DNA from: Eledone cirrhosa
Taxonomy: Eukaryota
Length of the DNA: 64,000 nt
Assembly (NCBI GenBank): GCA_964016885.1
Contig: OZ024741.1
Span: 19,406,001 to 19,470,000 of the forward strand
Direction: 5' to 3'
Under the pieces are notes generated by a model. That model worked only from the letters and a program-made list of their open reading frames with translations, searched no databases and was not told the DNA's origin. Every line of letters starts with the position of its first letter. Position 1 is the first letter of the stretch. Positions 52,693 to 64,000 of the stretch are shown piece after piece. The position numbers and the translations under genes are program-made.

Positions 52693-53428
52693 ATATCAAA
52701 AGCTTGTATTGAGTTAGAAACTCAAAATAGCCTCAATACAGTAAATTAGCTCTAGGAAAAAGGTTTTTCCGAGCCGTATATAACTGAACAAAAAGGAAAA
52801 ACGAACACAGACATATATATATATGTGTGTGTTCAAATCGTAATGGACCAAAATCGCTAAGGTGAAAAAAATACTAACTACAGACAATAGGGTTTGCTGG
52901 ACTCAATTTAAGAACAAATTAAGAAAAATAAATACAAACCAGTATTGTGGTAACTACCATCACCCAGACGGTCTTTGATAGAACCGTTTCGCAATATTAT
53001 TTGTGAAGAGAAATACCAAATTCCAGGCTCAACAGTGGGTGTTGAAATTAGTATACTCCTCACTTCTACTTCTAAATCAAATAGAAAACTGGAAAGTGTG
53101 TGTATATATAACGCACATGGTTCCCGAACTACGTGTCGCGTAGACTTACGCCACTAAAAATAGCAGCCGGGTCTACACGACATTTGAAATAGCTCTACGA
53201 ATTAACGGAGTCGAATATATCAAAAGTTTGTATTGAGTTAGAAACTCAAAATAGTCTCATTACAGTAAATTAGCTCTAGGAAAAAGGCTTTTCCGAGCCG
53301 TATATAACTGAACGAAACGGAAAAATCGAACACAGACATATATATATGTATTCAAATCGTAATGGACCAAAATCGCTAAGGTGAACAAAATACTAACTAC
53401 AGACAATAGGGTTTGCTGGACTCAATTT
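52693..53428. repeat. ~215-bp direct repeats (52693-52909, 53217-53428) around a ~307-bp structured spacer
   Basis: ATATCAAAAG..GAGTTAGAAACTCAAAATAG..GGGTTTGCTGGACTCAATTT occurs twice; TA-rich flanks. Confidence 0.8.
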
Positions 53429-53434
53429 TTGTTC

Positions 53435-53478
<44 letters not shown>

Positions 53479-53481
<3 letters not shown>

Positions 53482-53676
53482 AAAATGTTCAAGACCCCGA
53501 CGGCAGAGCTCAAGCCGTTTCGACGGCTATTTCTGGAGTCCAGAAATAGCCGTCGAAACGGCTTGAGCTCTGCCGTCGGGGTCTTGAACATTTTTTATTA
53601 CCCACTCTACTACCCTAAGTATTGAGTACTCTGGTGCGTTATGATCCATCTGGTTCCTTACCACACTTCCTTCGTT
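53479..53676 (-). mobile_element. Family-B hairpin/tail element with a perfect 56-bp-arm palindrome
   Basis: 53482-53537 is the exact reverse complement of 53539-53594 (1-nt spacer); the conserved tail follows. Confidence 0.9.
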
Positions 53677-53699
53677 ATATATATAAAAAGAAAATATGA

Positions 53700-54100
53700 G
53701 GAACTTATCGATTTCAGATTTAGCCTAACGAATAATATTTACAAACGTAAAAGCGATTCCAGACCTAAATTATCCACAAACTCTGGCAAATATAAACCAT
53801 ATTCCTAAACTCAGCCTCTTCCATCAATACATGACACACTGGACATAATGTAAAACCAATCACAACCTCTAGAACTAAAACCAAAACACTCCCGGCATAT
53901 CAACGACCAAACCTATACCAATTACTGGTACAGATCCAACAGACATCATCTGGATACAGCCATCCTATTACGGGGTATCTATACAAATATAAATTAAATA
54001 GAACAGCCACCAATGACATATCTCAGGTTTTTCTCTGAAGTCCTCCCTACAGACTCCCATTGATAATGGATGGAAAATCCGAAAATATTTGGGCTCATTA
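53700..54100 (+). mobile_element. Highly degenerate Penelope-like fragment ending in a hammerhead-like motif (54056-54093)
   Basis: SGKYKPY and IIWIQPSY peptides (cf. PLE GKYKPY.KPN and IIWFNPPY); CCCA-TTGATAA-TGGATGGAAAATCC-GAAA-ATATT-TGGG. Confidence 0.45.
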
Positions 54101-54857
54101 AAATTGCTAACGTAACTTTCTATCGTCCTCACTCTTTTATTTCAGTTCATAAAATTCCTCTATCAACTTTCTCAAATTCATATTACCTTGCCACTTTTAC
54201 CTAACACCTATTGTAGGGCTACCAAATTACCAAACCTATTTCCTAATCGCATTTGTATCTCATATATTACACGTTTTAAGCAATTTTCCTATATAGGATG
54301 TCCCAAAAAATGTATACACACTTCAACAGTATTCTAATATATATTGCCTGTGTAAGTTATCAAAGTTTGTATACAAATTTGCACATTTTATCATTGCACC
54401 CTTTCCTACCATTATAAACTATGTCCATTTCATATCCTGACATGCGCATAGAGATGTATTTTGATTTGTATCTTGAATGTATAGTCTTATTAGTAATTAG
54501 CCGCAGCAGTATCTTTTCTGGTTGTGTATTTATGAGGCAATGTTCCAGCTATATATTTTATTCATAATCGTACGTTGTCTTTCATCTTTTGCAGATCGAT
54601 AAAATAATCATCTCAGAACTACTGATGCTACCATCTCTTCCCACTAAATTTGAAACATACCGTATTATTTTTATTTCTGATCGGGGAATCTCATAATTCA
54701 TTGGTTAAAACTTATGTCCGGTTTTCAAGTCGAAGTAGGAAGCAAAGTTGGAAAGGTAAGAGATGGAAAGATGTTGATATGGAGACAAGTGAGAAAAGTA
54801 AATGAAGGAAAGATGGCGATTGTGATGTCAAGGAACAGAAATAATAAATAGATAAAT

Positions 54858-55410
54858 AATAATAATTGTTTCTACTTTAGGCACAAGGCCAGCAATTACC
54901 CAGTGCATTACTGGTACTTTATTTTATCGACCCCGTAAGGATGAAAGGCAAAGTCAACCTCGGCGGGATTTGAACTCAGATCGTAAAGGGACGTAACTAT
55001 GCTGGAAAGCATGGAGTCCGACCCTCTACCAATACTGCCAATCCACCGCCATAGATAAATAATATTAATAATAATGATTTCCTATATAAGCACAAGGCCA
55101 GCAAATAGCCAGTACATTACTGGTACTTTATTTTATCGACCTCGCAAGGATGAAAGGCAATGTTAACCTCGACGGGATTTGAATTCAGACTGTAAAGGGA
55201 CGTAACTATGCTAGAAAGCATGGCGTCCGACCCTTTACCGATACTGCCAATGGTTTTTGATTGAGGCACAAGGCTAACAATTTTTGGGGAGGGGAAAGTC
55301 GATTAAATTGACCCCAGTGCATTACTGGTACTTCATTTTATCGACCCCGTAAGGATGAAAAAAAAAATAACCTCGGCGGGATTTGAACTTAGAACGTAAA
55401 GGGCCATACC
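54858..55410 (-). mobile_element. Three consecutive family-1 SINEs (54858-55050, ~55066-55251, ~55252-55410)
   Basis: Three GCACAAGGC..GGTACTT..TTTATCGACC..GGGATTTGAA units. Confidence 0.9.
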
Positions 55411-55666
55411 TATATGTCGCTAATAGATAGATAGACAAACAGATAGATAGATACATATAGAGAGAGAGTGAGAGAGAGAGAGAGAGAAAGTGCGAGAGAG
55501 TTTGCTGGATAGATAAACATATATATATATGTGTATGTATGTGTGTGTATGTATGTATGTGTGTATACGTATATGATAGAGTGAGGGGGAGAGAGAGGAA
55601 AATATAGAAAGATAGATAGATAGACAAACAGATAGATAGATACATAGAGAGAGTGAGAGAGAGAGT

Positions 55667-55711
<45 letters not shown>

Positions 55712-55917
55712 TTGGGTGGATAGATAAACATACCTATATGTGTGTGTATGTATGTGTGTGTGTGTGTATACATATATAGAGAGACAAGGAGAGAGGGAGA
55801 GAGAGAGAGAGAGAGAGGAAAAGATAGATAGATAGATAGATAAGTGGATAGATAGATAGATAGATAAATAGAGAGAGAGAGAGAGAGAGAGAAAGAAAGA
55901 GTTGGCTGGATAGAGAA

Positions 55918-55959
<42 letters not shown>

Positions 55960-55982
55960 ACGTATGTATATGAGTGTATACG

Positions 55983-56038
<56 letters not shown>

Positions 56039-56096
56039 GAGAGAGAGAGAGGGGGGGGGGAAAGATAGATAGATAGATATAGAAAGAGATACTTAC

Positions 56097-56209
56097 CTTT
56101 TCATTTGAGCACAGCAGCATTTCAGGTGTACAATCAAAATGACAGTAAATAATGAAATGAATGACATCGCTGGATATGCCATGGCTGAAAAAGGCCGTTT
56201 AAATAACAT
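56097..56209 (-). CDS. Cys-loop ion channel subunit, coding exon 1 (signal peptide); exon acceptor at 56242, alternative start GCCATGG at 56182
   Basis: MLFKRPFSAMAYPAMSFISLFTVILIVHLKCCCAQMK is signal-peptide-like; donor AAG|GTAAGT, phase 2, matches exon 2; upstream TTTTTTCAG acceptor implies a further 5' exon. Confidence 0.82.
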
Positions 56210-56417
56210 CGTATCAGTCGTCCGGAAGTTGATGGTTGGAAGCTGAAAAAATCATAAAGTTATAAATATATAAATTACCAACGAAAACACGACCACAACA
56301 ATATTAATAAACGGACTACCGTCCGTTTAGGATATTTATATATTTATATAAATAAATATATATGCCGAAAAGTAAACGTCACAGTCACAATTCTTCTAAA
56401 TATAGTTCAAAGACAAA

Positions 56418-56492
<75 letters not shown>

Positions 56493-56512
56493 CTGTATGT
56501 ATGTATATATAT

Positions 56513-57068
56513 GTCAGGTCACCAGTTGGTGCTACTGGTAACATGTATCCCAAGGTTTCTTGGTGAGGAGGGTGACTTTGGACATCCTGCAGGACTAAAA
56601 ACAAAACCTGTCAAAGGGCAAAGGAGCTCTTAAGTGTCAATGGCCATCCAAAATCACCGGGACATATGACCCCTTAGCCTTTGTCAAGGCAGAATTCTAG
56701 GAGGAGGAAAACTCTGATATAACACCTGCAACCCTGATGGTATCCAATGATGTCGACTTGTTTTTCTTTTTGGTAAATATCATCTTGGTTAAGAGAGTGG
56801 GACTGGCTTTGTGCAGTGCCTTTGCTCACTATAAAAGCTTCACGGCACAGGCATTGCTTTATATCTGGAGATCTCTCTGCACTTGTCGTCACATGGTACC
56901 ATGGGCCCAGCACTATGTGTCAGTAATTGGCACAGGTGTAGTGTTTGTACCAGAGTTTTCAAGTCGCTGGCTGGACTAAAAAGTCACACTCGTTCAGCGC
57001 ATCGGTAGGGGTTCTCCTACATGGATATAAAGTAGTGGCCGTACTCGAAAACGAGTTGGCAGACACCA
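56513..57068 (+). mobile_element. Non-autonomous dispersed element, possibly a bipartite RTE derivative, copy 1
   Basis: Highly similar end to end to 62368-62973, with one internal deletion; (TA)-rich flanks. Confidence 0.7.
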
Positions 57069-57151
57069 TGTATACAGTATATATCTTAATAAATATATAT
57101 ATATACATATATATATGTATGTATGTATGTATATATAGAGTATATATCTTA

Positions 57152-57229
<78 letters not shown>

Positions 57230-57243
57230 ATATATACACACAA

Positions 57244-57290
<47 letters not shown>

Positions 57291-57525
57291 TACACGGGTG
57301 TGTATGATTGTGTATAGAAGATTATATTAATAAAAGGAATTCCAACTTTGATTTACTCGTTTTATTTACAATCCTTTAGAATTATAATGATATTATAATG
57401 AAATAGTATGGTAGAATATTAAATGTTAATTGTTAATTGTACAATATTAAATGTTAATTGTTAATCGCCATCTTCAGGTTCATATTCATTGGTGACAGTC
57501 AAGTTTGTAATTTTCAACTCTAGTA

Positions 57526-57614
<89 letters not shown>

Positions 57615-57850
57615 TGTGTGTGTGTGTGTGTGTCAGCCGGGAGCACAAGCAGAAGGACGTGTTTTTTTTTTTTTTTTTTTTTTTTTTTGCCTGCGGTATA
57701 TCACAAAATCGAATTTTCATCTGAAGATACCGTTCTCATAAGAACAATAAATCCTTGAATTACATCTTGGATTGCATAAGAGAACCGTTTATTATGAATG
57801 AATGATTTATGTAACATTAGCATCTTTCTTAATGTTATCATATATATATA

Positions 57851-58053
57851 TACGAAGGTAAGTTGAAGTTTTCATACGCTGACCATGAAGGAGTGACGTT
57901 AGGCCTGTCAAATTTTGCTTGCATTAATTTTAACTCTTCGTATTAATAGCTACATTGGTTTTTTCCAGGGACAATGTTGAATAATATACCGCATTAGGTC
58001 ATTCCACGAGAGTATCTTGGTCAGCCTTTGAATTTTTCAGCCAACCCTCACCA
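57851..58053. mobile_element. Degenerate mariner/Tc1-type MITE
   Basis: Imperfect terminal inverted repeats TACGAAGGTAAGTTGAAG..GCTGACCA / TGGTCAGC..TTCAGCCAACCCTC; TA flanks. Confidence 0.4.
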
Positions 58054-58083
58054 TATATATCTATATATATCTATATATCTATA

Positions 58084-58167
<84 letters not shown>

Positions 58168-58569
58168 TGTATATATATATATATATATATACTTTTATTA
58201 TTGGTTCTTCAATAAATGCTTTGTAGTCCAGCTATTTGTACTGCTTCTTTCAAATACAAATGAAAATTAATTCTTTTGCCACTGGTTTTGAATTGTATAT
58301 ATTTATGATAGGTGTATAATATCCATGCTTATGCCATTGCTATATCTGTGTGTTTATTTCTACATCGATGTTTAAACGTCATTTTCTATATAGTCTTTGA
58401 TTGTGTGTTAAAATATTCACTATATGTTCGCGGGTATTCGTCTAAACGTCAGCTTACTTATTTGAATAGATTAATGTATGTCTATATATATGCGAGTGTT
58501 AATTTGCCTCAGTGAGTTTATTTATATATATGTCTTCTTGGATTGAGAGTTCATTTCAGCAAACGTAAA

Positions 58570-59640
58570 ACGGTATTTATAGAGATGATGGTCTACTAAT
58601 TCCCAGCAATGTAAATGAACAACAGGAAGATATGCTCAAGAAGAATCTAATCAAACTGTGCCAAGAAATAAATCCAAAGATTACGTTAATTAATAACATG
58701 TATTTCTTTGATGTAACAATCACCATAATTAATGAAAAGTTCCAACTGGACATTAAACCAAATTATTCAGTCTGACATATTACCAACAATTCAAACTACC
58801 ACCCATGATCTTAAAACATCTATTGAACAACCACAGTTAGCAGTTAATGTATCCCGACAATTTCATGCGATGAAGAATCTTTCAATATAGTAGCAGATAT
58901 ATTCAACAAAGCACTAGCTAGCTCCAAGTTTAAACATTAAACATAAAATATCACGCAGAAACCAATAGAAGGAGCAATAACAGGATTTGATAGTATTACA
59001 CCATTTTAAATAAATGTAAGTATACACAAAAACAACATCTTTGTCTACCTTGTAAGAATATATTCATGCAACATCTAAGTACAGGAAAATCTTTAGTAAA
59101 AATTCAATTAAGATAAGCTACTCAACTTTAATGAATGTTTCCAATATTGTAACATCCTTCCATAACAAGAAAATAATGAATAATTTGAATTACCAGAACG
59201 CGACAAGGCACATAAATCCAATTTTCACACACAATGTGTGAGCTCAGTCAATGGAAACTGCTATGAGATATCATATATATATACAGACACAGAGATGTCT
59301 CATATTAAACAAAACGTCATTGATTATATAAGTATGACTGCAAGCGAATCTGATAGAAGGCTTCTCCAATATAATTATATCTTTAGAACATTATAAAGAA
59401 AATTTCGATACAAAACTAACAACACATGTATGGTTTTAGAAGTATTATAACAATATACAGTGTGTCATTAGATAGCGACCTTTAGATAAAGCGCCAAGTC
59501 ATAAACAATTAAATGTTTTCTGTAGCCGAAATACCCTCTGAAGAGATATTGATTTTGAAACACAAACAAAATATTAACTAGATATACAGAATTAATCTCT
59601 TTATGATCACACACCAAGAGAGTTCACATGAAAAACTAAT
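58570..59640 (+). mobile_element. Degenerate Penelope-like retrotransposon ORF (RT C-terminus plus GIY-YIG endonuclease)
   Basis: Collinear broken motifs GIYRDDGLL, FFDVTIT, IKPN..NSN, SCDEESFN..NKAL, YRKIFSKNSIKISYS, DYISMT (YIG-like), TKLTTHVW; many stops and frameshifts. Confidence 0.85.
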
Positions 59641-60499
59641 GGAATAAACAGTTTGTTTTCTTCCTCATTCCATATTTTCTCTTAATAATATATTTTGGGC
59701 ATGGCTCTAAATGAATTAAAATTACTTCATTTCTTTATTTATAAGTATCTACATGTAAACACTAAGGATATAATAATAGCGGTAAATGAAATCCCAGTTG
59801 GATACATTTCCTTTTCATTTTTATTGGCAATTCTCATTTATGTTATTTTACTTTATATTATTTGTACTTTCATCTTCTCTTTAAATAGAAATGTTTGTAT
59901 TACTAATAATGAAGTTAGAGTGACCTCCTATCTTGGATAATTGTACTTAGCAGCCATGAGTCGGGAACACAAGTAGACATATGGATAGAAAGTATCGAAA
60001 ATAAATCTCAAAGCCTGCTGATCATCCAAAGACAAGAAATGGTGGATATTGAATAATTCCCATAGCAATAACAAACCACTTAACACAGGTAAAGAATACT
60101 TCTCACGATGTCCTCACGTTTCTAATCACCTTTTCAGGAACTGGTTTCCTTAGAATCTAATATTGACTTATATTGTTCCCGCCTTCAATTATATCTTTCT
60201 TTGAAATTAATTTCTAGCCCACTCTAATCTCCGTATTTTATTCATCAAATTGTCTTCCCTTGACAAATTAAATCATAACCTGTCCCCCTTTAGAGCTCTG
60301 CTCTTTTCCCTTATTTTCTTTATTATCTTTTCTGAGTAAGCCTTTTCCGGTTCATTTTCATCGGCACAGGTTGAACAAGATGGAACCCACGTACCCAGTT
60401 TGGCCCCGTTGTAGTAACTAAGCTTAATAATTATATTAAAACTCGCCCTTCGAACCTGAGTTGCACTATACCCATGATGTCGTTATCAAACTATTACTG

Positions 60500-60829
<330 letters not shown>

Positions 60830-60995
60830 AATCTCCAAAATGACTCCAATATATATATATATCTATATTAATATTATTGACATTAATGATACTCCGGAAA
60901 AATTCGTTGAGTGCTTCTAATCTGTTGTAAAATTAACTTTGTTGAATAATCAACAAACCAATTAACTCATTGTTTATATATATATATATATATAT

Positions 60996-61509
60996 AACGA
61001 AGGAATTGTGGTAAGGAACCAGATGGGCCATAACGCACCAAAGTACTCAATACTTAGGGTCGTAGAGTGGGTAATAGGAACAAGTATGACCCCGACGGCA
61101 GAGCTCAAGCCGTTTCGACGGTTATTTCTGGACTATTTTTTACTCCCTTTCGATTTACCTATTCTTTCAACCCCCCTCCTCTTCTCCAGTACACTTTTTT
61201 TACCTTTTATACACTATCCTTAGAATCTGCTGTATAGATTTCACTTTCAACGCTTGACTGTGTTTCCCCCACTCCCTCTTTGTTCTACCGGCAAGTTCAG
61301 CAACCCCTACCCCCCACCAAATGCCGTGATAGATTCATCTGTCTCTACAACAAATTTTTGACCAATCCTTTTGACAATTACTATCTTCCCATATAAGGGA
61401 ATACCCTCTGAGAAGTTCGGCTACTTATTTACCAGACTAAAAATTCTTATTTAGCCAGAAATAGCCGTCGAAACGGCTTGAGCTCTGCCGTCGGGGTCAT
61501 ACTTGTTCC

Positions 61510-61510
<1 letters not shown>
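60996..61510 (+). mobile_element. Longest family-B element: tail, two ~55-bp arms, ~320-bp internal segment
   Basis: Arms ~61075-61131 and ~61455-61511; the internal segment ends CTGAGAA-GTTCGGCTA..TAGCCGTC-GAAA (hammerhead-like, imperfect). Confidence 0.8.
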
Positions 61511-61575
<65 letters not shown>

Positions 61576-61576
<1 letters not shown>

Positions 61577-61880
61577 GGGGCAGGGCGGGCAAAGGTGCAT
61601 GATTTTGCGGTATGTTCGCCTCACGGCCGTAATGTCATCAAACTGTATTACACCGGCACATTGTGTCTTTGAGTAAGACACTTTATTTCTTGTTATACCA
61701 GTTCACTCAGATGTCAAAAGTTAGCTGTATTTATAATCCAAAAGGTCGGCCTTGTGTCACACTGAATCTCCCTGAGAACTACGTTAAATGTGTATGTGTC
61801 TGTGGAATGCTCAGCCATTTGCAGGTTAATTTCTCGAGCAGAACGTTCTGTCGTTCGAAGTACTTGAAGCCTCGTCATCA
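61576..61880 (+). mobile_element. Degenerate family-2 SINE
   Basis: TGTCTTTGAGTAAGACACTTTATTTC..TGTCACACTGAATCTCCCTGAGAACTACGTTAA..GGAATGCTCAGCCA body. Confidence 0.7.
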
Positions 61881-62336
61881 TAATAGTCGTAAGGGAGAGT
61901 GTGTGTGTGAGTGTGTGTGCGTGAGTAAGTGTATATGGGTCTGTGTGAGTGTGTGTGTGTGAGTGCGTGTGAGTGTGTGTGTGTGTGTGAGTGTGTGTAT
62001 GTCAGGGTCTGTATAAAAGGAATAATCTCCCGAAACGAAACTTGGAAAATATATATGCTGTAATGGCATATTAATAATATATGCTGTCATTACATACATG
62101 TACACACACGTACACACGCACACGAACACACACACACGTACACACACACCTACACACACACACGTACACACACACGTACACACACACGTACACACACACA
62201 CGTACATACACACACACACATATACACAGGCATCCATATACATGAGTGTGTGCATGTGTGTGCGCGTGTGTGTGTGTGTGCATGTGTGTGCATTTGTACA
62301 TGTATGCACACACATACACACACGTATATATGTACG

Positions 62337-62367
<31 letters not shown>

Positions 62368-62369
<2 letters not shown>

Positions 62370-62973
62370 CAGGTCACCAGTTAGTGCTACTGGTTACATG
62401 TATCCAAGTACAACCTGTCTCATGGTCGGGTCGTTGGCGACTAATCTGGCAACTCCACCAAGGTTTCTTGGTGAGGAGGGTGACTTTCGACATCCTGTAG
62501 GACTAAAAACAAAACCTGTCAAAGGGCAAAGGAGCTCTTAAGAGTCAATGGCCATCCAAAATCACCGGGAGAGATGACCCCTTAGCCTTTGTCAAGGCAG
62601 AATTCTAGAAGGAAAACTCTGATATAACACCTGCAACCCTGATGGTATCCAATGATGTTGACTTGTTCTTCTTTTTGGTAAATATCATCTTGGTTAAGAG
62701 AGTGGGACTGGCTTTGTGCAGTGCCTTTGCTCACTATAAAAGCTTCACGGCACAGGCATTGCTTTATATCTGGAGATCTCTCTGCACTTGTCATCACATG
62801 GTACCATGGGCCCAGCACTATGTGTCAATAATTGTCACAAGTGTAGTGTTTGTACCAGAGTTTTCAAGTCCCTGGCTGGACTAAAAAGTCACACTCGTTC
62901 AGCGCATCGGTAGGGGTTCTCCTACATGGATATAAAGTAGTGGCCGTACTCGAAAACGAGTTGGCAGCCACCA
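62368..62973 (+). mobile_element. Non-autonomous dispersed element, possibly a bipartite RTE derivative, copy 2
   Basis: Longer counterpart of 56513-57068; 3' hairpin CTCGAAAACGAG; (TA)n flanks. Confidence 0.7.
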
Positions 62974-62983
62974 TATATATATA

Positions 62984-63325
62984 TATAAAATGGTAGATGT
63001 CTGTCTGTGTGTGTGTATGATATTTATGCATTTACACATTTCTCTACCGATGTTGATGACTTTTTTTTCCAATGTGCTCCAAATTTACCAGGGCAGGTCA
63101 ACGCTTAATTATTTATGCCAAAGATTTCCTGCTTCTATGAAAAAAAATCGATAAAACTAAATATATGCTGTAACCCTCTCTCCTACACTCTTCATTCCTC
63201 TCACTACTACCATCAAAATTGCTAATCACTTGAAATTGTGTCATTCAATTTTAAATACAACGTATGCTTAATCAAATCATCAGAATAATTGATTAACATT
63301 ATGCACGGCGTTTGTAATATACTAG
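62984..63325 (+). mobile_element. Non-autonomous Helitron-like element
   Basis: Starts TATAAAATGGTAGATGTCTGTCTGTGTG and ends in CTAG; same layout as 11222-11600. Confidence 0.4.
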
Positions 63326-63377
63326 GAAAATTCAAATCACAACATCAGTAATAAAGAAAGAAAAAGAAAAAAAGATA

Positions 63378-63419
<42 letters not shown>

Positions 63420-64000
63420 AAAAAAGAAGAAAAAGGAAAAAATAAAAAATAAAAAATAAAAAATAAAAAATAAAAAATAAAAAATAAAAAATAAAAAATA
63501 AAAAATAAAAATAATAAATAAATAATAATAAATAACTTAGAATGAAGATGATAAAAAATAAGTAAAAAAATATATATATGTGTGAAAAAATGAACATAAT
63601 ATGATTGGTGAAAATAGTTGTGTTGGTGATGGTGGTTGAAGTATAAAGATGTGATGGTATAAATATGAAAATATTAAATATATATGTATATGTATTGGTT
63701 AAATTATTTTATGAAAAAATAGTACAGTGCTAAATAAAGGATAAATTAATAAATTGGAAGTTATGTTAGAAGTGAAGAGAACACGATAGGATATAATGTA
63801 AGAGGTGAAATAGATTTAGTGAAAGAGAGTGACAGAAAGAAAGGTTAGGAGGTTATGATGTTGATTCAGTGATTAGTTGATTTATTGACAGTTAATAATA
63901 ATAGAAGTGGTTCAGTTTGAATTATGGAATTGTTGGATCGAATCATGTTGGTTTGAAATTAGCGAATTTAGTAGCTGCTTTATGCCTACAGAAATATATA

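Overview
Eukaryotic, very repeat-rich DNA; the SINE families and microsatellite load suggest a coleoid cephalopod such as Octopus (inference). The only host gene I can support is a minus-strand Cys-loop (pentameric ligand-gated ion channel) subunit of the glycine-receptor/GluCl-like type. Six phase-compatible GT-AG coding exons (56209-56097, 52041-51977, 37276-37209, 34840-34614, 28895-28813, 21122-20982; 697 nt) give the signal peptide and most of the extracellular domain: MLFKRPFSAMAYPAMSFISLFTVILIVHLKCCCAQMKRNQVISELIKNHDRYVSPDYEEDYATEVSVQLYVSSVDTVSEQNMEYSVTVLLRQLWHDPRLNYTRMSTLPRLEMDSSRIENFWVPDLFFSNEKKGSFHDVTKPNRMLLIYRNGTIFYSIRLSLTLSCYMRLERYPMDNQICSMVMESYSYSAENVIFQWIGGSQKPVVVDKSIEMPQYTLTQFDGSVCKKDYGE. 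I found no transmembrane exons; they probably lie left of the window. The introns hold minisatellites (41, 45, 90 and 33 bp units), trinucleotide tracts, tRNA-derived SINEs, and LINE, Helitron-like and Penelope remnants. All long ORFs in the track are repeat artefacts. Two highlights. (1) Several families of short hairpin-plus-tail elements sit in (TA)n tracts and carry minimal hammerhead ribozyme motifs, consistent with Penelope-like pLTRs; one four-copy family has a conserved ~50-60-nt structured domain in place of the short hammerhead stem II. (2) A 4.6-kb satellite consists of ~103 copies of the 5' A-box head of a SINE, still attached to its parent SINE body.
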